DNA from: Mustelus asterias
Lineage: Eukaryota
Assembly (NCBI RefSeq): GCF_964213995.1
Contig: NC_135815.1
Coordinates: forward strand, 10,354,001-10,418,000
Direction: 5' to 3'
Length of the DNA: 64,000 nt
Position numbers and translations under genes: made by a program. This document shows positions 11,501 through 24,050 of the stretch, one piece after another. Position 1 is the stretch's first letter, and the number at the start of each line of letters is the position of its first letter. The notes below the pieces were generated by a model that worked only from the letters and a program-made list of their open reading frames with translations, searched no databases and had not been told where the DNA came from.

Positions 11501-12110
11501 GTCTCACCCAAGCTGAAGGCATGGCCGTGACAGTAACAACTCTTTGAATAAAGAGCTTTTAACTAACATCTTTCCCTTTTAGTCGTTGATCCTGGGACCT
11601 GATGGAATACTGTTTTCTTATTCAGCCAATCAAAAGACCTTATAACTTTTTTAAAAACTGTATTAAATGTACTTAACCTTTTCTTCTGTAGGGGTAGCAC
11701 TCCTGGAGATTTCAAATATCTCCTTAGAATAATGGCTTCTCTTCCCTGGTATCACTCTGGAATAAAGAAACCTGCTGTCTATTTGGGAGGCCTGTTCACT
11801 CTGATTCATATCCATTGGGTCACAGGTTCAAATTGCAGTCTTGGGTGGCTGTCATTTGATCAGTGCTGCTCTGGTAGGACCAGTCTCACATATCCATGGC
11901 CTGGATGTTAACACACTGCAACCCAACACACCATCTCAACACAAGAGAGAGAGAGAGAGACTGAAGAAAGCTATGTAAACAGCAGCAGTCCTGCCACTGG
12001 CCGGTGATCCTTCTCTCCATTACTTAGATCCCTCATTCTCCTGACTGTCGGAGAACTCTCCATGATCTCTGCACTCCTCCCATTCTGGCCCCTTGTTTAT
12101 CCTCTGATTG

Positions 12111-12458
12111 TGGGTGGCACAGTGGCACAGTGGTTGGCACTGCTGCCTCACAGTGCCATGGACCTGGGTTCGATTCCTAGCTTGGGTCACTGTCTGTGTG
12201 GAGTTTGCACATTTTCCCCGTGTCTGCGTGGGTTTCCTCCGGGTGCTCCGGTTTCCTCCCACAGTCCAAAGATGTGCGGGTCAGGTTCATTGGCCATGCT
12301 AAATTTCCACTTAGTGTCCTGGGATGCATAGATTAGAGGGATTAGTGGGGCAAATGTGTGGGGTTGCGGGGAAAGGGCACAGGTGGGATTGTTGTCAGTG
12401 CAGACTCGATGGGCTGAATGGTCTCCTTCTGCACTGTAAGTTTGCCATGACTCTATGA
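12111..12458 (+). mobile_element. HE1 V-SINE (type A)
   Basis: Full-length copy. Confidence 0.9.
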
Positions 12459-12507
12459 TCCGCCCACCACTGGCAGCATGCCTTCAGCTGCCTTCATCCT
12501 CAGTGCT

Positions 12508-12864
12508 GGGGGGACGGTAGCCTAATAGAAACGTCACTCAGCCAGTAATCCTGAGGCCCAGACTATGGCTTTGAGGATGTGGGTTCTAGTCCCATCAGGG
12601 CTGTTGGTGGAATTAAAGTTCAATTTTAATTCTGGAATTGAAAGCTGGTCTCCATGGCAACTAACAACAACTGTCGTAAGAGCCCATCTGGTTCAAGGAA
12701 ATCAGCCATCCTTACCTCCACGTGTGAATCCACACCCACAGCAATGCGGTTGACTCTCAAATTCCCTCTGAAATGGCCCAGCAAGCCACTCAGTTTAAGG
12801 GCAACTAGGGATGGGCAACAAATACTGGCCTGGCCATGACACCCACCCTCCCATGAAAGAATAA
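12508..12864 (+). mobile_element. tRNA-derived SINE, family 2 (older copy)
   Basis: Family body and tail GGGCAACTAGGGATGGGCAACAAATACTGG. Confidence 0.75.
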
Positions 12865-13319
12865 AGCAGCCCTGAAATGTCCTCGCTACCTCTCCCTCTC
12901 TCTCTTTTCCTTTCAGATGCTCCTTAACATTTACCTCTTTGACGAAGCCTTTATCCATTTCTGTGAATTTCTCTTTGCAAGATGCAGTGTTAGGTTCATC
13001 TGATTACACTCGGAAGAGTTTTTGGGATGTTTTGTTGCAATGAGAAGCACCATATAAATCCTAGCAGTTATTGCTATGGCAATGACAAGCAAGTGGTGAG
13101 CCAGAGAGGAAACGATCTAAATCAATAATTGTTGAGGACAGCGAGGATGCTATTTAAAGCATATCGTGCTATATTTTAAGTAAGCTGCGCTCACACTAAG
13201 ATCTAATTATGCCTGGATTTTAGTTTCGCCTGTGATCCCTCGATTTAGGCCTGCCGCTTTCGCTCAGTGTTACGAACAATTTGCAAGTGACATTCCTTCG
13301 AAATCTAGGCGAACAGCCC

Positions 13320-13687
13320 CAGTGCATAACTGAAGCTGTTCTACACTGTTGGAATTGCCCTCCTTTGGGTGCGAGGCTGCCACCCCAGGTGTACATAAGA
13401 TGGCACAATGTTGGAGAAAGAGCAGCTCCGTGTTCTACTCGGTATCCTGGCCAATTTTCACTCCACGACCAACGTCGTCGAGAAAAAGTGAACGGATCAG
13501 CCGGCCATTTATTTCACTTGTTGTTTGTGGGATCTTGCTGTTCGTGGGATCTTGCTGTGCACATATCAGCTGCCACATCTCTTACGTTGCAAGAGGTGAC
13601 AGCGCCTCGGGATGATTTGATTGGCTGTAAAGCACCCTGGGACGTTCAGCGGTTGCGAAAGGTGTCACATAAATGCAAGACTTTCTT
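13320..13687 (+). mobile_element. Degenerate Deu-SINE (SacSINE1-like)
   Basis: Deu-like GGTATCCTGGCCAAT, TGTGGGATCTTGCTGT; tail ATAAATGCAAG. Confidence 0.55.
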
Positions 13688-13962
13688 TTAAAAGTTTACT
13701 TATGAGTCACAAGTAGGCTTACATTAACACTGCAATGAAGTTACTGTGAAATTCTCCTCGTCACCACACTCCGGCATCTGTTCGGATCAATCCACCTAAC
13801 CAGCACATCTTTTGGAGAGTGGGAGGAAACCGGAGCTCCCCCACGCAGACACGGGGAAAGTGTGGAAACTCCGCACAAACAGTAACCCAAGCATGGGAAT
13901 CGAACCCGGGTCCCTGGCGCTGTGAGGCAGCAGTGCTAACCACTGTGCCACCGAGCCACCCC
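13688..13962 (-). mobile_element. V-SINE type B
   Basis: Head/core plus tail CACAGTAACTTCATTGCAGTGTTAATGTAAGCCTACTTGTGAC. Confidence 0.85.
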
Positions 13963-14163
13963 TAGAGTCTTCCTGGGATAATGCAAGTGAGGAGAGAAAC
14001 GTTACACCGAGACCTATTTGTTCAAATCCATAACTGCAGCTGGTTCACAGCCAAATTTATAAAAACTGTATAGACATAATTTTCAGTCTTATTTAGCACC
14101 CAAAGAAATTATTTTAAATGAATAGGAGTACACAGTGCATCATCCATTGAGGCAAACACAACA

Positions 14164-14224
14164 CCTCCCCACCCCCCACCTCCCCCACTCCCCACCCCCC
14201 ACCTCCCCCACTCCCCACAACCCC
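14164..14224 (-). repeat. C-rich low-complexity tandem repeat (G-quadruplex-capable minus strand)
   Basis: Multiple runs of C4-C6 with short loops. Confidence 0.6.
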
Positions 14225-14684
14225 ATTCAAACTATGCAGCTTAAACTGAAGACCAACCTGGTTATTTATTTGGCTAAGATTCCCCTTTGCACAGGACAAT
14301 GAGAGTCGGCCTCCCTTCAGACCTGCTGAACTCCTGCACAGCTACTCCCTCAGGCATTTTTAACTGTGTGCCAGAGTTGTTGCATCCATGTGGCTTTATT
14401 TGTTTAGTGTGTGCTACTACAGACATGATGGGACCTTTCTCATGACCCGCCACTTCCTCATAGTAGCCACTTGCTGCTGCCAAATGAACAGGCTTGAACT
14501 CTGCACCATGAATTAGGAAGGAGCAGGATTCCCATTGCTGTTGATTTATGAGGGATCAGGGCCCAGCGAAATCTAAAGGGAACTCTGGCGAGCATTTTTA
14601 TTTATGAGGAACACCACAAAAGATGCCTCATGTAGATATGACAATTTGCATGGATCATGGAAAATGCGGCATCACACTTTTGAT

Positions 14685-15200
14685 CCCCATACTTAAGAAA
14701 GGATATAATTGCGTTTGATGCAGTTCAAAGAAGGTTCACTCGACTGATTCCTGGGATGAAGGGGTTATCTTATGAGGAAAGGTTGGACAGGTGGTGTCTG
14801 TACCCACTGGAGTTTAGAAGAATGAGAGGTGATCTTATTGAAACATCTAAGATCCTGAGGAAATTTGACAGGGTGGATACTGAGAGCATGTTTCCTCTAC
14901 TGGGAGAGACTAGAACTAGGGAACACATTAGGGGGCTCTCATTTAAGACTGTGATGAAGAGATTTCTTTTTCTCTCAGAGGGCTATTTGTCTGTGGAATT
15001 CTCTTCCTCAGAGAGCAATGGAGGCGGAGTCATTGAATATATTCAAGGCTGAGTTAGATTTTTGTTAACAAGAGGGCCATGGGTTATTGGGGGGGGGGGC
15101 AGGCAGAAAGGTGGAGTTAAAGCCACAATCAGATCAGCCATGATCTTATCGAATGGCAGATCAGGTATAAACGGCTGAATGACCTAATCCTACTCCTAAT
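14685..15200 (+). mobile_element. CR1 LINE 3' fragment
   Basis: MKGLSYEERLDR..LEFRRMRGDLIET..MFPL plus 3'UTR. Confidence 0.85.
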
Positions 15201-15242
15201 TTTTGTGTGTTCTTTTTTTATCTTCAGAATTGTTTCTACCTT

Positions 15243-15470
15243 GGGAAGGTTGGTTAGCTCAGTTGGCTGGACGGCTGGTTCATGACACAGGGTAGATGCC
15301 AACAGTGTGGGTTCAATTCCCATACCGGCTGAGGTTATCCATGAAAGCCCTGCCTTCTCAACCTTGCCCCATCGCCTGGGATGGGCTGATCCTCAGATTA
15401 AATCACCACCAGTCAGCTCTGCCACTCAAAGGGGGGAACAGCCTGTGGTCCTCTGGAATTATGATGACTT
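15243..15470 (+). mobile_element. tRNA-derived SINE, third family
   Basis: A box TAGCTCAGTTGG, B box GGTTCAATTCCC; body matches 3400-3612. Confidence 0.7.
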
Positions 15471-15889
15471 TCACTGTGCTCCACCACTCTCCTGGCAATG
15501 TTAGCTCTCTCGCTGCCATTTCTCACTATCTACGCCAACACCATTTTCCTCTGCTATTCCCTTACCTCCTGAGATCATTAGTATCCAGCAATCTATTGAT
15601 TTGTGTCTTGACTCAATGACTGACCTTCCACTGACCTCTCAGGGAGTAAAAGAGGAAAGCAGGAGTAAATCAGAGGGAAAGTTGGTGTTGTGGGTTTTAA
15701 CTTTCTGAAAATTGACAGAGGAACAACTTTCTCAAGGCTTTGGAAGAGGCACTTAAGGTTTTCTGTCTGAGTTAATCATTTGGCTGTTGCTGTGTGACGA
15801 AACAGCACAAATGCCAACATTGCCTCTGTTCATTCTTTGGTGAAGTCAAGGTGAAGGACAAACTGAGGAAGTCAAAGGAAGTCAAGGCA

Positions 15890-16035
15890 AAGAGTTCCGA
15901 AGAAGAGTCATATTGGATTCAAGACATTAACTCCATTTTTCTCTCCCTGCAGATGTTTCCAAACCTGCTGAGTATTTACAGCACTTTCTGTTCTAATTTC
16001 AGATCTCCAGCATCTGCAGTATTTTACTTTTATTT
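15890..16035 (+). mobile_element. Penelope-like element terminal fragment (degenerate)
   Basis: CAGATG..ACCTGCTGAG..CAGCACTTTCTG..CCAGCATCTGCAGT motif shared with 55020-55145. Confidence 0.6.
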
Positions 16036-16103
16036 CAATCATTCTTTTATCGAATGTGGAAAAATAGTGCCATGCTTCATGTTATTGGCATCATTGCTTT
16101 ATT

Positions 16104-16453
16104 CATAGAATAGAATAGAATCCCTACAGTACAGAAAGAGGCCTTTTGGCCCATCGGGTCTGCACCGACCACAATCCCACCCAGGCCCTTCCCCCATATC
16201 CCTACATATTTACCCACTAATCCCTCTAACCTACACATCCCGGGACACTAAGGGGCAATTTTTTAGCATGGCCAATCAACCTAACCCACACATCTTTGGA
16301 CTGTGGGAGGAAACCGGAGCACCCGGAGGAAACCCACGCAGACACGAGGAGAATGTGCAAACTCCACACAGACAGTGACCCAAGCCGGGAATCGAACCCA
16401 GGTCCCTGGAGCTGTGAAGCAGCAGTGCTAACCACTGTGCTACCGTGCCGCCC
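16104..16453 (-). mobile_element. HE1 V-SINE (type A)
   Basis: Full-length copy. Confidence 0.9.
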
Positions 16454-16611
16454 AGTTGCGGCTTTAGAGTATTATTGTCTCCATAATAGTGCAATCACTC
16501 TATTTTACTGACATCAATTGCTTCAGAGTGACAGCAATCGTGTTTTAGAACTGCATTCTGTTCTTATGATCCTCTTACCATCTTGTTGTGGCAATTAAGG
16601 AAGTTACCCTT

Positions 16612-17316
16612 GATTTGATTTGATTTATTATTGTCACATGTATTGGTATACAGTGAAAAATACTGTTTCTTGCACGCTATACAGACAAAGCATACAGTTA
16701 ATAAAGTACACAGGGGAGAAAGAAAGAAGAAGGTGCAGAATATAGTGGTACAGTTATAGCTAGGGTGTAGAGAAAGATTAGCTTAATATACAGGGGAGGT
16801 GATGGCCTAGTGGTATTATCGCTAGACTATTCATTCAGAAACTCAGCTAATATTCTGGGGACCTGGGTTCAATAAAATGTATCTGGAATTAAGAATCCAC
16901 TGATGATCATGAAATCATTGTCGATTGTTGGAAAAACCCATCTGGTTCACTAATGTCCTTTAGGTAAGGAAATCTGCCGTTCTTACCTGGTCTGGCCTAC
17001 ATGCGACTCCAGAGTCACAGCAATGTGGTTGACCCTCAACTGCCCTTGGGCAACTAAGGATGGGCAATAAATGCTGGCCGGCCAGCGACGCCCATGTCCC
17101 ACAAATAAAAAAAATTATGGTAGGTCCATTCAAAAGTCTGATGGCAGCAGGGAAGGAGCTGTTCTTGTGTCAGTTGGTACATGATCTCAGACTTTTGTAT
17201 CTTTTTCCCGACGGAAGAAGGTGGGAGAGAGTATGTTCGGGCTGCATGGGTTCCTTGGTTATGCTGGCTGCTTTTCCGAGGTAGCAGGAAGTGTAGACAG
17301 AGTCGATGGATGGGAA
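16612..17316 (-). mobile_element. Rex1/Babar 3' end split by a family-2 SINE
   Basis: KAASITKEP..LLPSGKRYKSLRS; (TCAAA)n tail. Confidence 0.8.
16793..17114 (+). mobile_element. tRNA-derived SINE, family 2
   Basis: Head GGGGAGGTGATGGCCTAGTGG, family body and tail. Confidence 0.85.
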
Positions 17317-17368
17317 CTGGTACCCATGAGAAGCAGATAGCTGAAAATTATCCAATAACTGAAAAACT

Positions 17369-17408
17369 GGCTCTGACGAAGGGTCATCCAGACTTGAAAC
17401 GTTCGCTC
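17369..17408 (+). ncRNA. Minimal type I hammerhead ribozyme-like motif in a Penelope-like fragment (17330-17470)
   Basis: CUGACGA-A-GGGUC-AUCCA-GACUU-GAAA-CGUU; weak stems I and II. Confidence 0.45.
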
Positions 17409-17756
17409 GGTTTTCTCTCCACACATGATGTCAGACCTGCTGAGACTTTCTATCATGTTTTGTTTTTGTTACTGAAATGGGTACCTGTTACCTCCATCCC
17501 AGTTTCTACAATCTCTTTGGTGGGTTGGAAGTAAGTTTAAAGAACCTCACCTCCGCTTTATGTAGTCGGCGTGTGGACTCGCAACTATCAGACGCTAGTA
17601 TCCTACATCACTCTAGTATTCGGAGTTGGCACTCTTACTCTTATTATATTCCTTTGATCATATTACAGTGCCACCACTTGTATTAACGTAGTTAATGCCA
17701 TTACAACCTTTGGGATCTGGAGAGCTTTGGTGACCTAAATGGACTTTGCTAATCTA

Positions 17757-18075
17757 TGGGGAAGATGGTTACATCGTGGTAATGTTCCTGGCCTTGTAAT
17801 CCAGAGGCCCAGGCTAATGTCTGGGTTCAAATCCCACCACATCATCTGGTGGAATTTACATTCAATTCATAAATCTGGAATTTAAAGCTAGTCTCAGTAA
17901 TGGTGACCATGACAACTATCATCGATTGTAAAACCCAACAGATTCACTATGCCCTCTTTACCTGATCTGGCCTCCATATGACTTCAGACCTTAAATACCC
18001 TCTGAAATGGCCTAGCAAGCCACTCAAGGGCAATTAGAAATGGGCAACAAATATTGGCCTTGCAAGAAAAATAAA
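17757..18075 (+). mobile_element. tRNA-derived SINE, family 2 (degenerate)
   Basis: B box GGGTTCAAATCCC, family body and tail. Confidence 0.7.
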
Positions 18076-18156
18076 AAGTAAACTTGCACTACAGAGCCAT
18101 CAGTTCGATCACAGTGCCACATTAGCATGGCAGTGTTACCACTCTCATTCATACTC

Positions 18157-18430
18157 TTAAAGTTAAAGTTTATTTATTAGTCACAAGTAAGACTTGCATT
18201 AACAATGCAATGAAGTTACTGTGAAATTCCCCTAGTCATCACACTCCAGCGCCTGTTCGGGTCAATGCACCTAACCAGCACGTCTTTCAGACTATGGGAG
18301 GATTCCGGAGGAAATCCACGCAGACACAGGGAGAACGTGCAGACTCCACACAAACAGTGACCCAAGCCGGGAATTAAACCCAGGTCCCTGGCACTGTGAG
18401 GCCGCAGTGCTAACCACTGTGCCACCGTGT
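18157..18430 (-). mobile_element. V-SINE type B
   Basis: Head/core plus type B tail. Confidence 0.85.
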
Positions 18431-18493
18431 CACACCCTTCCTGTACCTCCAGCACAGGGATTGCAGAGGTTCAAGAGACAGCACACCACCACA

Positions 18494-18990
18494 AGCAGCC
18501 AGCATAATCAAGGACTCCATGCACCCCGGACATTCTCTCTTCCATCTTCTTCCGTCGGGAAAAAGACACAAAAGTCTGAGAACACGTACCAACCAACTCA
18601 AAAACAGCTTCTTCCCTGCTGTGATCAGACTTTTGCATGGACCTACCTCGCACTAGGTTGATCTTTCTCTACACCCTCGCTATGACTGTAACACTACCTT
18701 CTGCACTCTCTCCTTTCCTTCTCCATGAACGGTATGCTTTGTCTGTATAGATGTCCAAAGATGTGCAGGTTAGGTTGATTGGCCATGCTAAATTGCCGCT
18801 TAGTGTCAGGGGGACTAGCTAGGGTAAATGCGTGGGGTAATGGGGATAGGGTCTGGGTGGGATTGTGGTTGGTGCAGACTCGATGGGCTGAATGGCCTCC
18901 TTCTGCACTGTAGGGATTCTAAGATAGTGCACAAGAAATAATACTTTTCACTGTATACTAATACATGTGACAATAATAAATCAAATCAAA
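18494..18990 (+). mobile_element. Rex1/Babar 3' end containing a 5'-truncated HE1 (18750-18921)
   Basis: AASIIKDSMHPGHSLFHLLPSG; Rex1 tail resumes after the SINE. Confidence 0.85.
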
Positions 18991-19410
18991 ACTTCTCAAG
19001 GGAAATTAGACAATAAATGCTGGGCTAGCCAACGACACTCATCCCTTGAAGGAATTTTTTTAAAAATTGCAGTACACTTTTATCTAAAATGCAATTAATT
19101 GCACTGATTGGAAAATACCAGTAATACTGGCGAGGGCCTTTTAATTATCTTGCATTTTTATATTTGTGCGTATTACCATCTACTCAGAAAGTTTGGCAAC
19201 ACTAACAACTTAAGTTTACATAGCACCTTTAACATAATAAAGCATCGCAAGCCACTTCACAGGAGTATTTATCAAACAGGGTACGACACTGAGTGACATA
19301 AAGGAAATATCTGGACAAATGACTTAAGACTTGGATAAAAAGGAGGAAAGCGAGGGAGAGAGCCAGAGAAGTGTAGGGAGGGGATTCCAGAGCTTGACAC
19401 CTAGGCAACT

Positions 19411-19758
19411 AGGGTAGCGTGATGGCCCAGTGGTTTGCACTGCTGCCTCACAGCGCCGGGGAACTGAGTTCGATTTCCGGCTTGGGTCACTGTCTGTGTA
19501 GAGTTTGCACGTCCTCCCTGTGTCTGTGTGGGTTTCCTCCGGGTGCTCCGGTTTGCTCCCACAGTCCAAAGATGTTCGGATGAGGTTGATTGGCCGTGCT
19601 AAATTGCCCCTTAGTCTCCCGGGATACTTAGGTTAGAGGGAGTAGCGGGGTAAATACATGGGGTTATGGGGATAGGACCTGGGTGGGATTGTGGTCGGTG
19701 CAGACTTGATGGGCCGAATGGCCTCCTCCTGCACTGTAGGGATTCTATGATTTTTATG
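19411..19758 (+). mobile_element. HE1 V-SINE (type A)
   Basis: Full-length copy. Confidence 0.88.
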
Positions 19759-20787
19759 AATAAGGTTCAATAAAGACATTAGGGAGCTATGGTGGGATGG
19801 TGTGACGAATCGAAAAGCTCTTGCAGAGGGCTGGCACTGTCACGCTGGGCGAAATGTCCTCCCTCTTTGCTGTTTGATTTGTCAACCAGGAGACAAGAAC
19901 AAACTGAGGGGAAAAAAAGCATTTGGGCAAACAACAATCGCGGAGTTGTGTGAAATCAAAGCTTTCTGGTGTGGTGGGGGCTGGGCTGGATGATCCTTCA
20001 CCATGTTACAGTGGCACTGTGATAATCCTTCACTATTTAGACAGTTTAGACGTACCTAGGCTGAGCTACAATAAATCTTTAATTGCTTTACTGGCAAAAA
20101 ATGTAAGCAATACCAGCGCCATTTAAACAATTCCCAGTGTGTGGTACATCCTGCTCAGTTTTAAATGCCACTCTTTCTAAACAGTAACAGATGTTTTAAC
20201 ACAGAGTCGGAGCAGGCAGAGGTTTTTTCAATAGCAGATTAGAACATCTGTCAGAGATATTCCACAGGGCAAGTTAAATGCCAGAAATATCAGCTGTAGC
20301 TGTCAATCACCCCTCTCGCTCTCACAATGCGCGCTACAATCCCACAGATCACCATGAGACCAACTCCTCCCTAACACACAGAACTGGCTCTCACACAGAT
20401 TCTGCCACTAGCTGCTTCACTTCAATAAATTAAGTGGCGTTTCCAGTTTATTTGATTATTATTTTCCTGATTAATGCTCTTCGTAACCAAAACGGCCAGC
20501 CCATCTTTTCTCTTTCCAGATTCTGTCGGACCTGTTGCATTTTTCCAGCCCCCTGATTTCTTGTTTTCATTGCGCTGTTTCAGAACTCTCGTACATCATT
20601 CTGAATATCTTCCTGCTCGCAGTCGATTTGTTTAGATTTGTTGCCTTAAGGATGACACGCTGTGCACTACTTGCCCCGGCTGGAAAGCATTTATCTCTGC
20701 ACGTGTCTCAGTTCAGTTTAAAAGGCTCCTTTGAAGTTCTCAGTGAGAATGAATATGATTTGTTCTCACTGGGGAACGACAGGGGTT

Positions 20788-21175
20788 GAGGGGGCGACCT
20801 GATAGAAGTCTACAAGATTATGAGGGGCATGGACAGAGTGCATAGTCAGAAGCTTTTTCCCAGGGTGGAAGAGTCAATTACTAGGGGGCACAGGTTTAAG
20901 GTGCGAGGGGCAAGGTTTAAAGGAGATGTATGAGGCAGGTCTTTTACACAGAGGATGGTGGGTGCCTGGAACTCGCTGTCGGGGGAGGTAGTGGAAGCAG
21001 ATATGATAGTGACTTTTAAGGGGCGTCTGGACAAATACATGAATAGGATGGGAATAGAGGGATATGGTCCCTGGAAGGGTCGGGGGTTTTGGTTCAGTCG
21101 GGCAGCATGGCCGGTGCAGGCTTGGAGGGCCGAAGGGCCTGTTCCTGTGCTGTAATTTTCTTTGTTCTTTTTTTG
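20788..21175 (+). mobile_element. CR1 LINE 3' end
   Basis: RGDLIEVYKIMRGMDRV..WNSL..FKGRLDKYM plus 3'UTR. Confidence 0.88.
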
Positions 21176-21644
21176 TTTTATTTCTACTTGTCAGAAAAAA
21201 ATTCTACACAAGGAGTGCACTGAGGATTATAAACCTGGTGGACACTAGGCGCATAATTATTCATTGTGAGGAGTCCTACCTTAATCAAAAGTGTGAATGA
21301 AGGAAAGTTACACATTGAACTTACTGACTTAAAACAAATGCTGGAGAGAATGGAACTCTCTGAAGTTAAATGGGTGGATGCAAATCATCGGGTTGTTTTA
21401 TAAAAGAAATGCACACACAAAGAAATTGTTAGAGGTGCTGGAGGAAGGGGGATCTCACATTGTAATTCTTTTGTACAGATTTAATTTGTTTTGAAATTTT
21501 GGTAGTTCACATAAACTAATTTTTATTTAAAAAGGTAGGAGGGACTCTACTGATTGTATACTCATTGTGTTTAATTGTAGGCAGATGGTGGGCATTGACT
21601 TGGGATTCAATGGAACCTCTATAAATAGACTCAGGCTGAAACTG

Positions 21645-22167
21645 TTTAAAGTTTATTTATCAGTGTGACACGTAGGCTTACATTAACACTGCAATGAAGT
21701 TACTGTGAAAATCCCCTAGTCGCCACACTCGGCACCTGTTCGGGTACACTGAGGGAGAATTTTAGCGTGGCCAATCCAGCGAACCAGCATTTCTTTCAGA
21801 GCAGTAAGAAGTCTCACAACACAAGGTTAAAGTCCAACAGGTTTATTTGGAATCGCGAGCTTTCGGAGCGCTGCGCTCACCTAGTGAAGGAGCAGCACTC
21901 CGAAAGCTCGTGATTCCAAATAAACCTGTTGGACTTTAACACTGGTGCTGTGAGACTTCTTACTGTGCCCACCCCAGTATAACACCGGCATCTCCACGTC
22001 ATGTCTTTCGCACTGTGGGAGGAAACCGGAGCACCCGGAGGAAATTCACGCAGACACAGGGAGAATGTGCAGACTCCACACAAACAGTGACCCAAGCCAG
22101 GAATCGAACCCAGGTCCCTGGTGCTGTGAGGCAGCAGTACCAACCACTGTGCTACCGTGCCGCCCCC
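21645..22167 (-). mobile_element. V-SINE type B interrupted by a Penelope-like fold-back insertion
   Basis: Type B tail at 21645-21800; head and core at 22003-22167. Confidence 0.85.
21801..22002 (+). mobile_element. Penelope-like terminal (pLTR) fragment in inverted arrangement
   Basis: CAGTAAGAAGTCTCACA..TTTCGGAG is mirrored by CTCCGAAA..TGTGAGACTTCTTACTG; mutated HHR core CTAGTGA..GAAA. Confidence 0.75.
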
Positions 22168-22964
22168 TACACCTGTGGTTGTAGGATTAGGAAGTGTATG
22201 TTTGTATTGTGCAACTCTGTAAATAAATGCTTGTAAAAGTGTGTAAAGATTCTATCCTTCACCAGCGTGCCCTCTGAAGTATAAGAGATGGGTAAAGAGC
22301 GGCGGAATGGCACTAATTAGATCGCTCTTTCAAAGAGCCAGGACAGGAGTGATAGCTGAATAGCCTCTTTCTGTACTGTATTATTCTACAATTCCAGACG
22401 CTCATTGAACTATTGATTCCCATCGTCTAATTCCTAGAATTGCACATCATGAGTTCTGAGAACAATAGCTTCCCATCCAGGGTAATGAGGTCTCTATGGA
22501 ATTTAATCTAGCCATGATGAATAAGTAGTGGGTGTGATTCACATGTGCGATTGAACACAGTGAGTTTGTGCTTGGAATTTCCCCCACCCTTCGAAATGCC
22601 AGGGTTAGATTGGTTTCAGTTCTAAGAAATAAGTCTTGGCAGTTTTATTACACCCTTTGCTGCCTTTCAGGTACTGCTTACCGAATGGTTATGGTCACAC
22701 AAACGTTTCGTAATAATGATGAGTTCATGGGAAATTGTGAAATTAGATCCAATGAATGCCTGGGATTGCTTAGCTGATACCAGGTCAGCATGATGTAACC
22801 GTATCCATTCAGTAAGGAATCTCCCTCCGCTAGCCAGGCTGGCCTACACCTGACTACAAAAGGTGAACTATAATGACTTCTTGAGTGTGCACTTCAAAAG
22901 GTATTAAGTGTCACCTACATTGCATCTTCTAGAAAGACTCATCGCCTTCTCGGGTCAACACATT

Positions 22965-23355
22965 TTTCTTTATTCTTTCATGGAATGTGGGCTTCGCTGG
23001 CCGGGCCAGCGTTTGCTGCCCATCCCTAATTGCCCTCAGACTGTGTGACTTGCTAGGCTGTTCAGAGGACAGTTAAGAGTGAATCAACCACTGTGCGTTT
23101 GGAGCCATGTATAGGCTAGGCTGGGTACGGATGGCAGATTTCCTTCCCTGAATGGGCATTAATTAGTGAGCCAGATGAGTTTTGACGACAATTGATGATG
23201 GTTTTATGATCACCGTTATTGGAGTATGGCATTCAATTCAATTCAATATCGACTGAACTTAAATTGCACCATCTGCCACAGTGAACCCATGTCCCCAGAG
23301 CACTAGCCTGGGCCTCTGGATTACTACTTCAATGATGTTAAAATGATGCCACCGT
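22965..23355 (-). mobile_element. tRNA-derived SINE, family 2 (degenerate)
   Basis: Family tail and body on the minus strand. Confidence 0.7.
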
Positions 23356-23799
23356 TACTCTTTAGTGCAGCTTTGGCAGCACTTCCGGCAGCCCCAGGAA
23401 GGATATGTAAAGAATATGAGATGCAGAGTAATGATATAGCCCCATAAGGGCTGACACCATTTTGGCTGAATGTTCTGGTTGGGGTTTGGAACCCAAAGTT
23501 GGGATCCAATCCAGGTCTAGATTCATCATCTGACATAATGATTGTAGGATTGGCCAATCAATGGCCAGGGGATGCACATGCCATCCAATTAAGGATAATG
23601 GGAGATCACCTGACACTGGAGGACCAATAGGACATTGTCCAGCACCAAAAGAGCTGTCGCCTGCCATTGCGGGCATGGGAGAGGAAGATGGAGCACATTT
23701 AAAATTTATAAATGGCCATATCTGCGAGACCTCCTTTGTGCTGAGGAAGTAGATAATTAAAGAGAACTGGGACAGAAGACCATCATGAAGAAAAGTGTC

Positions 23800-24050
23800 C
23801 AGGTAGCGGTCATCTGGCCTGATTGTCTACCCCTCTACCGCAGCTAAATTCGTGGCCTGTTGTCCTTGGAGAAAGAGCATAAGGTGTACACTGGCACCAT
23901 TGAAGCCTTCCATGCCCAGTGGGCACTGCAGGGACTGGGGTGTTTCATTGACCCGTTAATCACGTATTAGTTTGATGTTTTTGCCAATTGTTTTTGTTTG
24001 ATGCAATGTCCCTTTCAGGAGCTGATTTCCTGATTCGTCCTTTAGTTTGT
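23800..24050 (+). mobile_element. Tx1-like LINE 3' end
   Basis: PDCLPLYRS*IRGLLSLEKEH..TGTIEAFHAQWA resembles a Tx1 ORF2 C-terminus. Confidence 0.5.

Noticed and set aside
21427-22285. LTR-like sequence (TATA- and AATAAA-like motifs) resembling 53575-53787
   Set aside because: Termini and TSD could not be defined, so it was not called.
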